A stretch of 64,000 bases of DNA from Mytilus edulis (Eukaryota): positions 7,068,001-7,132,000 of the forward strand of contig NC_092353.1 of the NCBI RefSeq assembly GCF_963676685.1, in the 5' to 3' direction. The notes under the pieces were generated by a model. That model was not told where the DNA came from. It saw nothing but the letters and a program-made list of their open reading frames with translations, and did no database searches. Positions 62,368-64,000 of the stretch are shown one piece after another. Position 1 is the first letter of the stretch; every line of letters starts with the position of its first letter. Both the position numbers and the translations under genes were made by a program.

Positions 62368-64000
62368 AGTAAGTAAAGTAAGTAAGTAAATAGTTTATTA
62401 TAGTGTCACGATCCAATATACATCATCATATACAATATAAAAATCTTTAAAACCATATTAGATCCCTGCCTTTAAGACATATGAGACACTTTCATCCTTT
62501 TCAAACTAAAAAATATATACTATAATGTAAAAGAAATATTTAAATAACAAAACTTTTCATGATACTAAAAATTCTAAGAAAACTCTTTTAAGTTCATTTA
62601 TACAATCAATAATGATTAAAAATTTACAAATTAATTTTCCTACGTTTAAACATAAGATGTAATGTCTTGGCTAATAAAACCTTAGCATGATCACAGTTCA
62701 TAATAAAATCAAATTTTTCATCAGAGTTAAAAGCATTAAAAGTGTTATTCAAAGCATTAATATAATTAAAAAGTTCTTCTCTTATATCTGAATAAAAATT
62801 ACAGTCTATTAAAAAATGTTGTTCTGTCTCTATAAAATTGTTATTGCAGAAAAGACAAAGTCTATCACATAATGGAGTGGTCGGCTTGGTGTAACGTCCG
62901 GTCTCAACCGCAAGCGGCAGCGATCCACATCGAAAGTTTAAAAATAAAATGCGTCGATGGTCACGAAAGTTGATTGTTTTAACAAATAGACTAGTTTTGC
63001 AATTGTTTTTAAACCTTCTGAATGTTCTAAGCTTGTTTCCATTTACAGAATTTTTATCGTCAAAAACATCAATTAACCATTTCTCTTGATCTATAGCTGT
63101 TAATTTGTCTTGAGCCATTCGTAGCTTTTGTTTGGTTGTTATGTTGAGATTGATTAAAAAGTTCAATTCAGATTTTCTCAGTAAAGCTAATACACGTGAA
63201 TGCCAAGATCGTTGTTTTGCCTTACTAGTTTCATGGATAGTCCGAACTATTCTATCATCCTCTAAATTAGAAAGTTTGAAAAATAATCTCATAACTTCAA
63301 TGTTCTGTTTTGTTTTAACTGTTGTCCATCCCATATCTCCACGAACGGCTAGATTGGTGGAGTTTTTAAAGGCCCCTAAAAAGTATCTACATGCCCTATT
63401 TTGCACAGTTTCTAGTTGCTTATGTTCCGATATACCCCAGATACTTGATCCATACAACAATACAGGTTGAACAAGGTTTTCATATAATTTTTCATATATA
63501 TCAAAGTCCATTCCACCACAGGCTATAAATTTGGTATACAGTGCCGACAAAGCTCGACTTGCCGATTTTCTTACTTCTCTAACCGTAAACTTCCAGTCTA
63601 GGTGTTCATCTATCCACATTCCAAGATATCTATATTTGCTGTCGTACTTTACAACGGTATTTCCACACGAAAAATCAAAGTTAGATCGAGGTGAGGATCC
63701 ACTTCTGAAATGCACTACACCAGTTTTGTCAAAATTTATACATAATCTCCATTTCAAACACCATATATGAACAATATTTAACATTTGCTGAAGTGATTCT
63801 TCGTCGGGCGCCAATAGAACAATGTCATCTGCGTATAATAATATCGAAATCATACTATCTGCATTAATTGGTATACCCAAATTCAAAGAGTTGATTTCAT
63901 CTGCCAGATCGTTTACATAAACTGAGAACAGAGTCGGAGATAATTTACATCCTTGTTTCACACCCAAATTAACGTTAAACATATCTGTCATGTACCCATT
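62368..64000 (-). mobile_element. LINE (CR1/L2-group) ORF2 RT + C-terminal region, runs off window end
   Basis: 455-aa ORF with GVKQGCKLSPTLF, LLYADD, YRYLG, FRCGSLPLAVETGRY; AATAAA and (TTAC)n tail. Confidence 0.92.

Overview
AT-rich, intron-containing eukaryotic DNA; the repeat families and gene content suggest a bivalve mollusc, probably a Mytilus-like mussel (inference). Exon structures were reconstructed by eye from splice sites and frame. Genes: (1) the 5' six exons of LTN1/listerin on the minus strand, running off the window start; (2) a 214-aa secreted protein with a Gly/Lys/Arg-rich cationic N-terminus and two non-canonical SUEL/Gal_lectin-like domains; (3) two tandem paralogous two-pore-domain K+ channels (294 aa each, 6 coding exons); (4) a ~853-aa single-pass multi-EGF receptor and its pseudogenised tandem paralogue. 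The non-coding space holds LINE RT fragments, Penelope-like (PLE) RT relics, HINE/Helentron-like elements, MITEs, a SINE, a hAT relic and a 59-bp satellite. The most notable unannotated system is a family of ~355-361-nt tandem repeats, each carrying a type I hammerhead ribozyme (non-LTR retrozyme-like). One tandem array has two intact cores (9.9-10.6 kb), a second is damaged (56.4-56.9 kb), and about six more degenerate hammerhead motifs are dispersed among PLE reverse-transcriptase relics. Other highlights: a stop codon that cuts through an ITIM-like motif in the intact EGF receptor while the dead paralogue keeps it, a GT-to-GC donor change in one K2P copy, and a repeat-supplied polypyrimidine tract in the other. 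There is a 144-N assembly gap at 61022-61165.
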